From contig MU056277.1 in the NCBI GenBank assembly GCA_013239625.1, positions 1,404,076 to 1,468,075 on the forward strand: DNA of 64,000 nucleotides. Direction: 5' to 3'. The notes beneath the pieces are model-generated. The model had not been told where the DNA came from and searched no databases. It saw only the letters and a list, made by a program, of their open reading frames with translations. Position 1 is the first letter of the stretch, and the number at the start of each line of letters is the position of its first letter. The DNA comes from Lama guanicoe (taxonomy: Eukaryota). The position numbers and the translations under genes were made by a program. This document shows, piece after piece, positions 1 to 12,560 of this stretch.

Positions 1-747
1 ATGTAAGGTTATTAAATTCAGATCCAGCCACCCTTAGAAAACTGATGCTTTAGAGGACACAGAATTCCTGAAATTACATGCGGGTTTGGTATATATATGC
101 ATTTTCTGAGAAGAAAATACAGAACTACCTCCAGACTGTTCAGAACATGTTTCCCTGGTGCAGGTTCTCTCTGGAAGGAACGTACAGCAGATCGACATGG
201 GATGTGTTCTGTGAATCTGTGTTGCTCCAAGGTTCAGGGTCAGTGTTTCCGGATCTAGGGGAGGCTGGTAGGCAGGGAGGAGCTGTCGGATGTGGTCTGT
301 GATGGTTGATTCTGTGTGTCAGCTTGGCCAGGCTACGGTTCCCAGAAATTTGATCAAACACCAGTACAGACACTGTGGAAGTACTTGCTGATTGTGATGA
401 GCATTTACATCAGCAGACTCTTGAGTAAAGCAGGTTACTCTCCCGGATGTGGGTGCGGCCTCATCTCATCACTGGAAGGTTTTAAGAGAGAAAGACTGAG
501 TGCCTCTTGGAAGAGGGACTCCTGCGTCCCGCTCTTCCCCAGGCCTCCAGCCCCTGGCCTGCCCACAGGCTTCAGACTTGCCAGTCTTCGTAATCACAGG
601 AGCCAGCTCCTTAGCTAAATCCATTCCTCTCCCCGTACGTACACACAGACACATTACACCCTATTGGTTCTCTGGCCAGTCAGTGGGAACCCTGACGAAT
701 AAGTAGTCCCATTTTTCCATTTAACCCCGATTAGTAATTTCTCAGAG

Positions 748-812
748 CTAAGTACTTCATATACACTATTTAATTCTCTAAATAACCCCCTGAGGTGATA
801 ATGGCCCAGTTC
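748..812 (-). mobile_element. MIR SINE fragment (highly diverged)
   Basis: ctaagtacttcatatacactatttaattctctaaataaccccctgaggtagata resembles the antisense MIR core (ctaagcgctttaca...atttaatcctcacaacaaccctatgaggtagg). Confidence 0.5.
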
Positions 813-2479
813 TGGGGCTGGGAAGAGAGCTCGGGTCAGGCTGCCCTGCTCCTCCCCTCAGCTCCACCAACCCTGCCGCTTTCCCATAGCTCCTGGGCGG
901 GTAGGGGGTGGGCTGCTGCCTTAGCTTCTGGGCGGTGCTGTTCCCTTCCTTAGGGTGGAACGTGTGTTACCCGAAGCTCTTCAGGGTCAGCCGGTGCCCA
1001 GCTCCTACTTGTGTTGGTCTGAGGCCGTCTCCTCTGCAGCTTGGCCTCTGCCCCGCCTGCACAGCTCCCTTCCTCTCCCCGCTCCATCCTGGCCGGTGAG
1101 CACTTCCCAGGGGAGCCTCGGAATCGCGCTGGGCTCCTTGGACATGGACCCCGGCCTGCCTGGCTCGTGAGAGGCACAGACGGACTTGGCGCCAGCACAG
1201 CTGTGCAATCACTCCTGCTGGGACACAGCTCTCTTTCCTGGCCAAGGGACTTGGCAGAGCCTAGACCCCGTGGGGAGGTGAGGGTGCCTCATCGCCTCTT
1301 CTGTGGAGCAGGCATCTCCAGCACCACTCACCACGTTGACCACACACTTGAACATGACACCCCTCATCATCCAGTTATTCCCGGGATGAGGAGAGAAAGG
1401 ACGCAGCCAAGCAAAGACGGAGGAACCCAGGCCCTCAGCCCTGCAGAGCAGCCCCTCTCCTGTCTGTTCTTGGGCTGTCACCTGTCAGAAATATTTGGCA
1501 GCACTCTGGGCTCCAGGCTTCTTCTAAACTCTTGGTTTGGTGGTCCTGGGGGCCCTGGAGGGTGGCATGACCCCCTTGCCCCGCACGCCAGTCCAAGAAA
1601 GGACAGCGGTGGGACACCACCTCTGGGCTTGAGCTTTCAAGAATAAGCAGGGCACGCTCAAGTTGTCACTAACAGCCCAGACCCATAGGAAGTGGCTGCT
1701 TGGCTCCTTCAAGGGAGAGGCCAGGGGTGGAGAAGGAGGGACCAAGGTCAGTGGCTGGGGTGATAAGGTCCAGGGGCCTGAATGTGGGGGAGGGTTGTCA
1801 GGTGCTGCCTGGGGGCCGGGGTCTCTGGCCCCATGTGTCACCTCTTAACTCCACATCAGCACCATCTTCTGACATACCTTGTACTCTTAAGTTTCTTTGG
1901 CCTCAAAGGAAAGGTCACCTGGGAGATGCAGGCTTTGCCTTCTGCGCCCTGCAGCTGCCTTCTGCGCACTCCTGTCTCTCCGGCTTCCTGAGGACCCTTT
2001 GCTGCAGACAAATGAGTTGGCTCCACCAAGCGGGGTTTGGGTATTTGTTCCACAAGGGGCACCCTCGCACCCTGTGCCCTCCCGCTTCACTGTCCCCTAC
2101 ACCTGCTCACACTGCACTTCAGATTTGGTCACGGCCTGACCCTCCCTCAAGCCTCCTCCGGCCGTGTTAGGAGGACCGTCTCACCCATGTCAGTCCCCCA
2201 TGGGCCTGATGCAGCAGTGGTCCCTGCCTGCATGGCGGACGGTCTCCATTGGACCCACCTCTGCTTGCATGCTCTTGGAGGCCCATGACCATGGCATGTG
2301 CTTCTTTGCAGGCCTGGCACAAGTGGGTGCCTGGTGAACAGTGAGACAGACTGACACGACGTGGGTGATCTGGCCCTGATAGATGTCCTCCCTGGCCAGG
2401 AGAGAGTTGTCACCGGCATCTTCAGTGACTTGGTGGCTTTCTGAGCCCAAGGCAGAGAGGAGACTGAGACTTAGATTAT

Positions 2480-2830
2480 CATGTGTGTGGACATGGAGGG
2501 TGGAGACAGAGGAGGGAATCTGGTGGAAGGGGAAGGAAGACAGCAAGGTGATCTGTGATGTGTCCAGTTTGGGATGGAACATTCAGGCGGGGAAGACCAG
2601 TTAGCGATATGCCTAGAGATCAGGGGCGGGTTCCGGGCAACTGGGCATCTGGCTAGAGGATGGCCGACCGTGAGAACATGGACGAGATTCTGCAGGAGGA
2701 GGACAGAGCTCGGGAGACCGTGGACACTCCCGTGGATGGAGGAGAAAGAATTGGAGTGAGTCAAGGTCAGAGCGAGTTACCAGGAGGAAAAAGCGGTCGG
2801 TAGACTGACCGTGGATGCCAGGAGGTCAGG
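2480..2830 (-). mobile_element. LINE-2 fragment
   Basis: Purine-rich tract with L2 antisense landmarks in order: gatgtgtccagtttgggatggaacattcaggcgggg, cagttagcgatatgcctagagatcagggg, atggacgagatt, gatgccaggaggtcagg. Confidence 0.6.
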
Positions 2831-5800
2831 CAGCCGCCTTCCACTGGCCCTCGGCCGCCTCTGCTGTCCTCGCCACACTCTCCCATCACTCATGGGCGCC
2901 GTAGTGAACGTGGTTGCAAGCATTTCTCAACTCTGGCTGTAGCCAATTTAGGAAACGTTTAGAAGCAGTTGCCTTTGATGGAAGTCATGGAAACTTCTAC
3001 AGTTTTTGTAAACATTAAATATTAATTTTGGAGAAAAGCAAAATTCTCTCCCCTCCCCTAGTGCTTCAGAACAGGTCTGAGAAGCTCTGTTCACTGTTTG
3101 GAACACGGCCATCACCCGCCGCACCCCCGCCACCCCGCCACCTTTGCTGCAGGAGGGTGGGCACGTCCCCATGTTTCACAGGCTGCCTCCCCCGAGGAGG
3201 TTGTACGGTCTGTGCCACAGACGGGGGGGCTGGCAGGGAGAGGGATCACGGCACGTTCAGGTTGTTCTTGCCAGCGCTCCAGGTTCCACAGCAGGGAAAT
3301 CTAGAAAACGGTCCCTGATCTGGCTCCCTGTCTCGGAAGAAGCACATAACTAAAGTGGTGAACTGTCTCCTCTGTCCTTCCTCCCTTCTTTTTCTGTGCT
3401 CCATGAAAGGACAGCGATCATGGCCATCGCGTCCCTTGGCAGCTCTGTGCCTCCTCACTGGCTGTTCAGCCAGGAATCTTCGATTGTGCCCACGTTATTT
3501 GGACGGGGGGGCTTCTGCGTGTCGTGAGTGAGCATAAAAGCCCCACGGTGCATTCGGCCATCTTGGCAGTGTCGTTCGAGACTTTTTAAAATTAAAAGTC
3601 TGCCTCAGAGTATGTCAAGTACTCCTGTGTTTTTGCCATTCTTCTTATTTCTATGGCAACGAAAATATCTCAACATTTACATGGACATCATATTCTTTGC
3701 TAATGTACCATCTGAACTGTGTGTATGCGAGAAGGGAGCCGGGAGAGGCTGCCTTTGCTGGCTGGGAAGCTGGAGTTGCCAAGACAACCCGGGGGCCCAA
3801 AGATGTCCTCACTGGGAGCATTAAATGGAAGCTTTAAATTAATTCACCCTCGTGTGTTTTGTAGCTTATGTTGTTAATTGAAATAATAGGAATGACCTTC
3901 CCGTACGTTCAAAGCACCTGTCTTATTAAAATCATCTGTGCTGTTTCCTTAAGTACACTCATCTCTCAGGTAAAGCTAGTGTGAAATAGGAGAATGGAAG
4001 ACACTTAAAAGGCTGCTGCGTATTGACTTGCAGGGACGAGGGAAGCGGCTTTCCTTGTGTCAGGCTTGAAATACTGGCAGTAAACATTTTTATTTTAAAA
4101 CTTCATTTACTTCTGTTCTCTTCCTTGCTGGCTCCGAATCTGAGAACTCTGTGGGCTGTCGGATACTGGCGCTTGGTTAGAGAGAGCCTTACAGAGAGCC
4201 GCGTTTGCTGTCCCACCAGTGCGTTTAGGGAGACGGAGACACTGATGCGCCTGCTCCACCTTCCTCGCTCCACGAGCAGGAACGATTCCATCAGCCTGGC
4301 TCGTAACGACCTGGGTGCCCAGCGCCACCTCTGCCAGGCTGGGTGACCCACTTCTCAGGATCTTCTACCTGATAAGGTGACAACTTGGGGATCCTAACTG
4401 ACTTTCCCTCCACCATGAAAGTCACGGGGCGTAAGTGCAGAACACCCTAGAAGGAAGAGTTTTCTCATCCGTGTAAATGGGGAAAGCGTGGCTCAGGGCT
4501 GCTTGAGACACCTTGCCCACAAAGAATGTTCTGTTTGCAACTGTGGATTTAGAAGCTAAGCATATAAATTCGGGAGATGAGGGGGAGGAATTAAAGCACA
4601 CACTTACATGCTCCACATTTTGGATTCACTACCAGCTGTAGAAACAAGGTTAATGGGCTGGTACCGACCAGAAGTGAACGGCCACACCAAGGGTCACCAA
4701 TAAGAGCTCATCCTCCCTCACCTTCCACGAATTCCCTTTTCATTTAATTCTGGTCATTTGGGGATGATGACTCCATCCACCATCGTTGCCTGGTAACGGC
4801 TTTCACGTGTCTGATTGCTGGAGCAGGAGGCCAGTCCTGAGGCTCCGAGGTCATGAAGCCCAGGGCAGGTGCACACCCGCGAGGGGGCGGGTCCGAGGCC
4901 CTGGCCAGACGTCTGGCCGGGTCGAGCCTGTGTGGAAGCCTCAGGCTTTGGGAGGAGGGGGAGAGGGAAGGCGAGAAGTTTCCAAAGGCGAACTTCACAC
5001 GTTGCTGCTTCCTATCTTTGTATGAGACCAGCTCGCTCGTGTGTGAGCAAAAGTTATCTTTTCCTCTCTTCAGTCCCTTGCATATAGTGCAATTGAGAAT
5101 TGGGAGTTTGACCCTGTAATCGACGTTTATAGCTATAGAACAAAACAAAAACGAGAAACAAAACGGCAGATCGCGAGCAAGCAGGTGTGCAGAACCCTCT
5201 ACTGCATTTGGAGGGAAATTCTGATTGTCCTGGATGGATTAATACTACTGTTTAAGAATGTAGAGCCATGTCCTGCGGGAGGGTCTCAGTAGTTACTGTT
5301 CGTTGTCACCATAGAGTGAGAGCCCGCAGGGGAGGAGGGGGCAGTTAGGCCTTGGGGCAGAAAGGCCAGACTCCAAAGTCGGCAGCTTCCAGACAGCACC
5401 CCGGCCCCCCGCCCCTGAGCTTGGCTCCTACTCTGAGTCAGTTTGAGGACCACCCACTCTCTGGGTGCTGGGCCCCTGTGAGGTTTCACCCCACCCTACC
5501 CCGCAGACAAGCTCCAGCTCCCCCCCCCGCCCCGTGTCGGCCGGTAACCCCCATCCCTGGGCCCGGGCTGCTGGTGGGTGGAGCCGGGCCGAGGGCAGCA
5601 GCGGTTAGGCCCCCGGTGGTGACGCGCAGGCTTCGGGGTGGCACTCACCCTAACAGTCGTCTGGCTGCCGATTTGGAGGACGTTACTAGGAGGGCTTTTA
5701 AGTGACGACGTTTGCTTCAAGGCTGCAATGGCACTGCCTTTTCACGCGTGTGACTGAACCGAGAGCCGCCCAGGCTGGGTTCAGGCAGACTCACCGGCGA

Positions 5801-7708
5801 GGAGGCGTGAGCTCTGCTTCTTAACTGGGGGACATTTTATTTTATGGGGGTCTAGCTTTTCTTCATCATCCAGAAAATAACGGTAAATGTTGCTTTGAAG
5901 ACGTAAGATTTCTCCTCCCGATTTAAACCTTTCTCCCTCCTTTTAGGAGAATTAACAAGTCGTTGTGGCCGTATTTCAAGTAATTTAATTGACTTACTTA
6001 ATTCAAATGACTTCAATGAAATGGCAATTGAAGGCAGATTTGCTGCCAGACATTATTAAATAGTAAAAGAAAAAGCAACTTGTGGACAACGTATCTGAGC
6101 AAGTCATTCACCTCACAGCGTTGTTGTTGCCACTTCAGGATAAACTCTCCAGTTTTCCTCCAGAAAAAAAAAAAATGTAAGTTTGAATGTCAACATGTGG
6201 CTGCTTTTAAAACAACAGTGTATTGCTAAGTGTACCTCTGACCACATACACGCCTGATCACTCCTTGTTACACTGGTGTGTGCAATAGCAAAAAGAGAAA
6301 GTCTGGTGGAGATGCGGTAGAGCTTCTTAGGAGAACTAATTTGGGGGAACATATTAAAGTGAATAATTGGGCACTTGGATATCAGAGAGGCACCTCCCAG
6401 AGAGGCGCACCATTCGTTCTCCCGAAACTTGGCTCCTGCCTGACCTGGGACATGGCCCTCGTCTGGGCGGCTCCCTCGATGCCCGCATGTGATCAGCAGG
6501 GGTCTGTGCACACACGGGTGCAGGGGGCTGCCAGCCACATCTGGGTGAAAAGTGATGAATCATGAGAAACTGAGAAGGGAGCGAAGGCTTCACGTAAGTC
6601 ATCTTTCACTTTTTTCCTTGGACTTGCTGAGTTCATTATTTCCTCGTGGTGATTTTCCCATACCTTTGTATATTTAATTTCCTTTTTAATGGACAAACTG
6701 TCATGGGAGGTTACACAAGCATTATTATTCAGAGGAATGTTTATATCACTCAGATAAATATCATGGAGAATTATGGATCGGGGGTATATTTATTACATAT
6801 ACAACCGAGAAAAATGACTGTGTATTATCAAGTAAATACATGCTATATTTAAATAACGTGATAACAATCACCAATCACTGAGCTTTTCCTTGGTGTTCTG
6901 GAATTAGAATATACAGAAAAGCAAATTAATATTTAAACTCTGTGTATGACTTCGAGAATCCGTAATATGCATAACAAAGATGACTCTGGGCTACGCTGGG
7001 GTGAGATGATATCACACGTGGATTACTGCAGGAGGCCGGTGAGAAGCCCGTGTCGGCACCGGGGCCTCAGGGACTGGAGGTGATGCCTCCACACTGAACA
7101 TAATTCCATTATTATTAAGAGCGTTTGTCTCCCGTGGCTGCTGGTGAGCACCATATAAAGTACTTGAAACAAAACAACTTATGATCTTTTAGAGCTTAGA
7201 AATCAAGGCTGCAGATAGGAAGCAGGAGCTGAGGTTAACTGGCTAATTATCAGACACGCATAAGCATGTACGTTGCTTTTTGAAGCCAAAGATGGTAGCT
7301 GAAGCACAGAGTGAGCCGGGGGATGAGCAGTTTAGCCAAGGTGGGGCGTCGGCCGGCAGGCGTGCGATCCCAGCTCAGCGACTCAGGAGGCCTTGGAAGT
7401 GGCTTCGTATGTAGGATGGTCCCGTCGGAACGAGGTTCCAGCGTCTGCACTTCTGGGCTCTTCTTCACGGGGGTTTCCACCCTCAGTCTTATCCAGCATG
7501 ATTTCCTGTCCACCTTGGAGGAGTTCAAGGTGCAGCTCTAAGTTCAGCTCTGCCCCCCAGGTCCCGCGAGCTGTGGTGATGCTAGCCCAGGATGGCCTGT
7601 GCTGAAGGACGCAGAGATGGAGCGAGCAACGTGATGCCCTGCGCCGCCCAGATATGTTTGTCCTTCTCCCTTCCTTAGCAAGGAAACAGGAATCAAGAAG
7701 CAGTTGTT

Positions 7709-7816
7709 GGGGCTGGGAGTGGGGATTTTAGTGGTAGAGCGCACGCTAGGCGTGCACGAGGTCCTGGGTTCAACCCCCAGTGCCTCCATTGAGGGAAAAA
7801 ACACAAAACTTTTGAA
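7709..7816 (+). mobile_element. Camelid-type tRNA-derived SINE (Vic-1-like) with 14-bp TSD
   Basis: Body agtggtagagcgcacgctaggcgtgcacgaggtcctgggttcaacccccagtgcctccatt with Pol III B-box (ggttcaaccc), then an A-rich tail. Flanked by aagaagcagttgtt (7695-7708) and aagaggcagttgtt (7817-7830), 13/14 identical. Confidence 0.9.
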
Positions 7817-8454
7817 AAGAGGCAGTTGTTACCAGCATACACGTCACAAGAGACCACGCAGTTGGGACTACCTGATTTACGTGCGTTTAGGGAAAGGACG
7901 AAGTTGGGGCTCCTGTGTCCAGCGAGACAGCATCTCTGCGCTCCCTGTGCGTGTCTAAGAGCAGAGACTCCAGACCAGCCACGGCGGTTCATTCCTGGGG
8001 TTGCCCCATCCTGGCAGTCACAGGTCTCCCCCCTTCAGGCTAACCAGAACCCCATTCAGGCCACTGGAATGGCAGGACGGGCCAAAGCTTTAGAGACTAC
8101 AGCACACCCCGTTATTTCCTCAGTAACCGGAGCCCCAAAAGCTGATGCTCCCTGTGCAGGGTTCCCCGAGAGATCACGGCAGAACAGGGGCCCCTCTAAT
8201 TTGGTCTACAGGGACAGACAGAACCTCCCAGAAGCCGCTCACACCACCACACCAGTCTTCCTGGACTAGCGGCCCTGGTTCCCTGAGAACGTCCCACTGT
8301 CGTCTTTTCCCTCTCTCAAATTTTTAATCAGTGACAGATTGAACAGAATACATGTAATATGTAAATATATAATACAACGTGGTAATGGTACATAAAGACA
8401 CAATCTTTAATAACCACCTGGTAGGTCCCAGCAACTTTGGAACATTCTTTGAGA

Positions 8455-8610
8455 CAGTATCTTCTATAATCCTCAGAAAAATCCTCGCAGGTAGATAGTA
8501 TTCATATTGTAAAAGGCAAGGAAAGCGAGCCTCACAAAGGTTGAGCATTGGGCCCTGATGGAGTTAAGAAGCCGTAACAGCAGTGTGACTTCTGTCAACG
8601 TCTGATCCCG
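8455..8610 (-). mobile_element. MIR SINE fragment
   Basis: taatcctcagaaaaatcctcgcaggtagatagtattcatattgtaaaaggcaaggaaagcgagcctcacaaaggttgag follows the antisense MIR core. Confidence 0.6.
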
Positions 8611-10409
8611 GGCTGCTGGTGTCGGACATGCCCATCTTCCCGACCCCGTCCTTCTCTAGTCTCGTGCTGAGACTTAGGCACCCCAGTAGGGATGTGAGTG
8701 AGGAGGTCCCGGCGATAGCACTCCTGCCTTGCTCAGCGCTCACCTCTCAGGGCCTGCGGCGTGAGCCCGCGTCACTGACCACCCCTCTCCTAGCCCCAAT
8801 CCCCGTGCTGATCCCAGTGAACGCTTCGGACCGAGGCTCGGTGAAACCACGGAGCAGGCATAGAGCGCCAGGGTTTGCACTGCGATCTAATAAAGCTCGC
8901 CAGCACGTGGGGACGCCTCACACAGCAGCCATCTTTGGTATGGGAGTTACGTGAACGGCGAGCAGTCCCATAAATGACAGTGATGAGTTCACTGCCATGG
9001 AGCCAAACCGCTTCTCCCGTTTTCCTTTACTTTATTCATGTCTGTAAGCAGCAGCGATGCAGTGGGTTCCCTAACTTTCCTGCAACCTCATCCTCTCTGC
9101 CTCGGAGCCCCCGCCCTTCCCCACGCCCTTCCTCCCTCTGTCTGTCTCCCTCTCACACTCCCGCACACTGAAGGTCCAGCACCAGGCACCTGTCTGCCCC
9201 ACCCGCAGCGGGGACCCTCCCTTTTCCTCGCAGTGGTCTCCTGGTGTCCCGGTGAGGCCCTGATGCTCTGGAGCAGGAGGGCGAGGACACAGGCCAGCAG
9301 AGGGGCCAGGTCCTGGGTCTGTTCCTGCGGCCGCCCACGCCCCCTCCGCCGGGAGCCCTGGTTCGGGGCGGGGGCCTGGAGAGCACGAGGACCCAGGACT
9401 CTGCAAGTCCAGACAGAGCGGTCGCGGCAGTGCGCCGTGTTAGGTGGTGAGACAGCTCTGACTCCCCTTCAAGGCAGTAGTGCCTCCTGACCGTGTTTAC
9501 TCAGTCACCACAGTCACTGAGTATCGCGTGACGGCCGTGTCTGTGTTTCTGAGAAGAAAAGTCTCAAGTGACTCTTCAAAGAGCTAGAAGAGGGCCAAGT
9601 CATTTATTTGGCCTCAAAATATTCGTTGCTGTGGCTTGGACTCGACAGGAAATGGAAGTTGAGTGAAAGGACCCCACCCGGTCGGGAGGCACAGAGCAAG
9701 AGAGAGTCCCCAGCCAGTGCGTCTCAGGTTTGCGCTGAGCTGACACGAGCAGAAGGTGGCGGTGGTTAGGGGTTTGTCTGCCCTGACGGGCCAGGCCAGG
9801 AGTCCTGAGTGCCGGCTGGGCTCTGGTCCTGCCGCGCGCCGAGGAGCCCCGGTCTTTCGTGCTCTGCTTGTGTGGTTAGCACGAGCTGGTTGCCGTGTGG
9901 TCTCTGGACGGCAGAGCCACTGTCAGCACCGACTGCCTTTCAGGCAGGAATGGGGTGTGCCAACCAAGGTGCCCCTGAAAGCTTCCCTGGAGGTGCCCCT
10001 TCCCCTCAGCAGCTTCTCTACAGCCCACTGTCCGGGCCCCGATCGCACGACAGCCCTGGGGAGGCTGCGAGTGGAGCTCTCCCTGGGCGCACGGTCACCA
10101 CAAGGGCCAGTCTTGCCAGTAAGGAAGAAGGGAGACCGTCCATCCCATAGGTGGCTGTGCGTGGGGTGAGGGAAGGGCTTTGGAGGTTGACTCGGGAGGA
10201 AGGGAGATGGCGGAAGACTGGGCTGGCCCAGCCAGGATGGGCCCTGCAGGGGTGACCGTTGTGGACATGGTGGCAAGCCCGCTGCAGGCAGGGCGGCGCG
10301 TGTGGGCTGGGTGCGGGATGTGGGCTTGCTTACCAAGGGCCTGTTATGTTCTAGAAGCTGCATTTTATTATGTGCACTGATTATGTCCATTTAATCACTG
10401 TAACTGGGG

Positions 10410-10477
10410 GGCAGTCTGTATAGTGGTTATGGGTGTGGATGGCAGTTAGAAAGCCCCAGATTAAGTCCCGGTTCTGA
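10410..10477 (+). mobile_element. MIR 5' part (interrupted by the adjacent L1)
   Basis: ggcagtctgtatagtggttatgggtgtgga...aagtcccggttctg resembles the MIR 5' end (gcatagtggttaagagcacggac...aatcccggctctg). Confidence 0.5.
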
Positions 10478-10484
10478 GTCCCTC

Positions 10485-11615
10485 CGTGTCGGAGTGGAGG
10501 TTATGCATAAGCAGGAGTGGCGCTGGCTGGGCTAGAGCTGGAGACCTGGGTGTAAACCTGTCTTTCACTTAAGCAGACACAGGTGGTGCGCACAGAAATG
10601 CTGGTGGTGTGCTATGCAGGCGAGCACACACGCGTTTCTCTGCTGTGTCAGCTCAGAGGGCCTGGGAGCAGTGCGATCCTGGTAACACCACACACACTAG
10701 CACCTAGATCTTGGTCTCTAATAACCACTGTCCAGTGAAGGGAGCTGGGTCTCCCAAGACAAACAGCTGATTCCAAGGCGGGGAACTTGCATAGGGAACA
10801 TACAAGATGAGCCTGGGGCGTTGTGTTGGGCCAGCAGGTGAGGACGGCTGAGAAAACCCCTCATGATGACAAGGGGTGTCACAGGGACACCGAAGACCTT
10901 CCCGTGGTCAAAGCTGGAGCAGTTTGAGAAACACCCTGAATAAAGTAGCATTGGATTACAACATATAAAATAAACGTGCGGGAATCTATATGGATGTGGT
11001 CAGTGACTGACTGAGTAAACCAGTGGCGAGAAGGCAGCTCCCCCAGCAGACGAATCCGAGATGATTTACGTAGGTGCCCCCCCAGGAGGCGGAGCCTAGC
11101 CCCCCTTCCTCGAGTGTGGCGGGAGAAAGGACTGTGCCGGGGCCATCTGACGAACACACCTCCGCCAGGTGACCGAGGCCAAGATCCATGGTCACGGTGG
11201 ATGGCGTGCTCCCGAGATACCACACGGTGAGCAAGGCACCCCCATCTAGTGGCGACGGAAACGCAGATGAGCTCCTGGCGAGCCGCACCCTGCGGAACAC
11301 CTGACCATTACCCGTCCCGGTCACTGAAACGGGGAGCCTGAGAGGCTGTCACAGCTGAGAGGACCCTGAGGAGACGCGACAGCTAAATGTCACGTGGTGT
11401 CAGGATGGGACCTTCTCACAGAATAAGGACGTTAGGTGAAAACTAAGGAATCTGAATAAAGTACGGACTGTAGTTAATAGTAACGCATTGATCCTGGTTC
11501 ATTAGCTGTAACAAATGTCCCATCCCGTGCAAGATGCTAAGGACAGGAGAACCTGGGTGCAGGGTATGTGTTATTTCTGTGCTGTTTTCACATTTTTTCT
11601 TGTAAATCTAAGACC
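10485..11615 (+). mobile_element. Ancient LINE-1 3' UTR fragment (L1MC/L1MD-like)
   Basis: Characteristic 3' end: gagacgcgacagctaaatgtcacgtggtgtcaggatggga...aaaactaaggaatctgaataaagtacggactgtagttaatagtaac...ggttcattagctgtaacaaatgt...cttgtaaatctaa. Confidence 0.8.
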
Positions 11616-11619
11616 CATT

Positions 11620-11740
11620 GCTGCCTCTTCCCCTGTCGTCTTGGCACGGGGCTTCCTCGTGTGTAAGACGGCCTCATCGCAGCGCCCGGAGATGCGGGAC
11701 GTCCGCTCGGTGCCTGGTGGGCGGCAGTCACCGCTCCGAG
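11620..11740 (+). mobile_element. MIR 3' part (continuation after the L1)
   Basis: ttcctcgtgtgtaagacgg resembles MIR ttcctcatctgtaaaatgg; cggtgcctgg...cgctc resembles MIR cagtgcctggcacatagtaagcgctc. Confidence 0.45.
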
Positions 11741-12344
11741 CGGGCAGAGTTGGAAGCACCGCAGCGGGTCTGCAGCTCGGGCACCGGCTGTGTCCAGCTC
11801 CGCCCGGGGGTGACCATGTCACATGGGCAGGTGTGGCCTGGAAGGGGCCCTTCACCTCCCTGTTTGCTATGGACTGAAGGTGTCGAGTCAGAAGACCAAG
11901 AAAAGGAGGAGGGGTTTGAGGGACCTGCCATCTCCTGTTTTCTCATGTGAGCGGCCACCCCACCTCAAAAGGAGGAGTCAGCCCAGGCCCTTCGTACACT
12001 GACCCCCCAGCCCAGCCTCCCCCCACCCCCGGCCCAGCGCTCTGGACACTTCCCGGCTTCCGCCCGCCAGTGCCTCCCTTCCTTGTCCTGTAAACTCACG
12101 TGGCCCCTTGTCACTTGAGCCATCCCAGGGTCGCAGTGCTCACGTGGGCCTCGCCCCTTGCGAAGAGGAAGCGGGGGCCTGAGCGGCCGAGTCGCCCACT
12201 GAGGCTCACTCGGACAGCCAGTGACAGCTGGGACCCTAGCGCATTGCTCTTGTGTTTGGAATACTTGTCTGCCTTCTGGTGCCACTGCTTCCTCTGACAC
12301 ACACCACTGCTCTCCAGTTGGAAGGAAGGAAAGTAGAAGCCGAA

Positions 12345-12560
12345 GGCGATCTCAGGAAGGTTTCATGGAGCTGACGCTGGAAGAGGCTGGGTTTGGGAGG
12401 GACCAGAAAACCCTGCCCCGGAGGAGGTTCCAGATCGAAGGTGGAGTTGTGTGGATGGCGTGCGTCCCTGTGAGCGGGCTTGGAGGAGCTGCCTGGAGGA
12501 AGGACGGGGCGGGAGTGTACGGAGGGCCTCAGCTGGGCCCACTGTTGCCAGGTGTGGTCT
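12345..12560 (-). mobile_element. Probable LINE-2 fragment
   Basis: tcaggaaggtttcatggag...gttccagatcgaagg resembles the L2 antisense motifs ggaaggcttcctggag and attccaggcagaggg. Confidence 0.4.

Noticed and set aside
1041-1646. 201-aa ORF
   Set aside because: Pro/Gly/Ser/Leu-rich, no recognisable domain, overlapped by ORFs in other frames; expected by chance in GC-rich DNA.
7709-7790. tRNA gene
   Set aside because: Cloverleaf not maintained; A-rich tail and TSD indicate a SINE.
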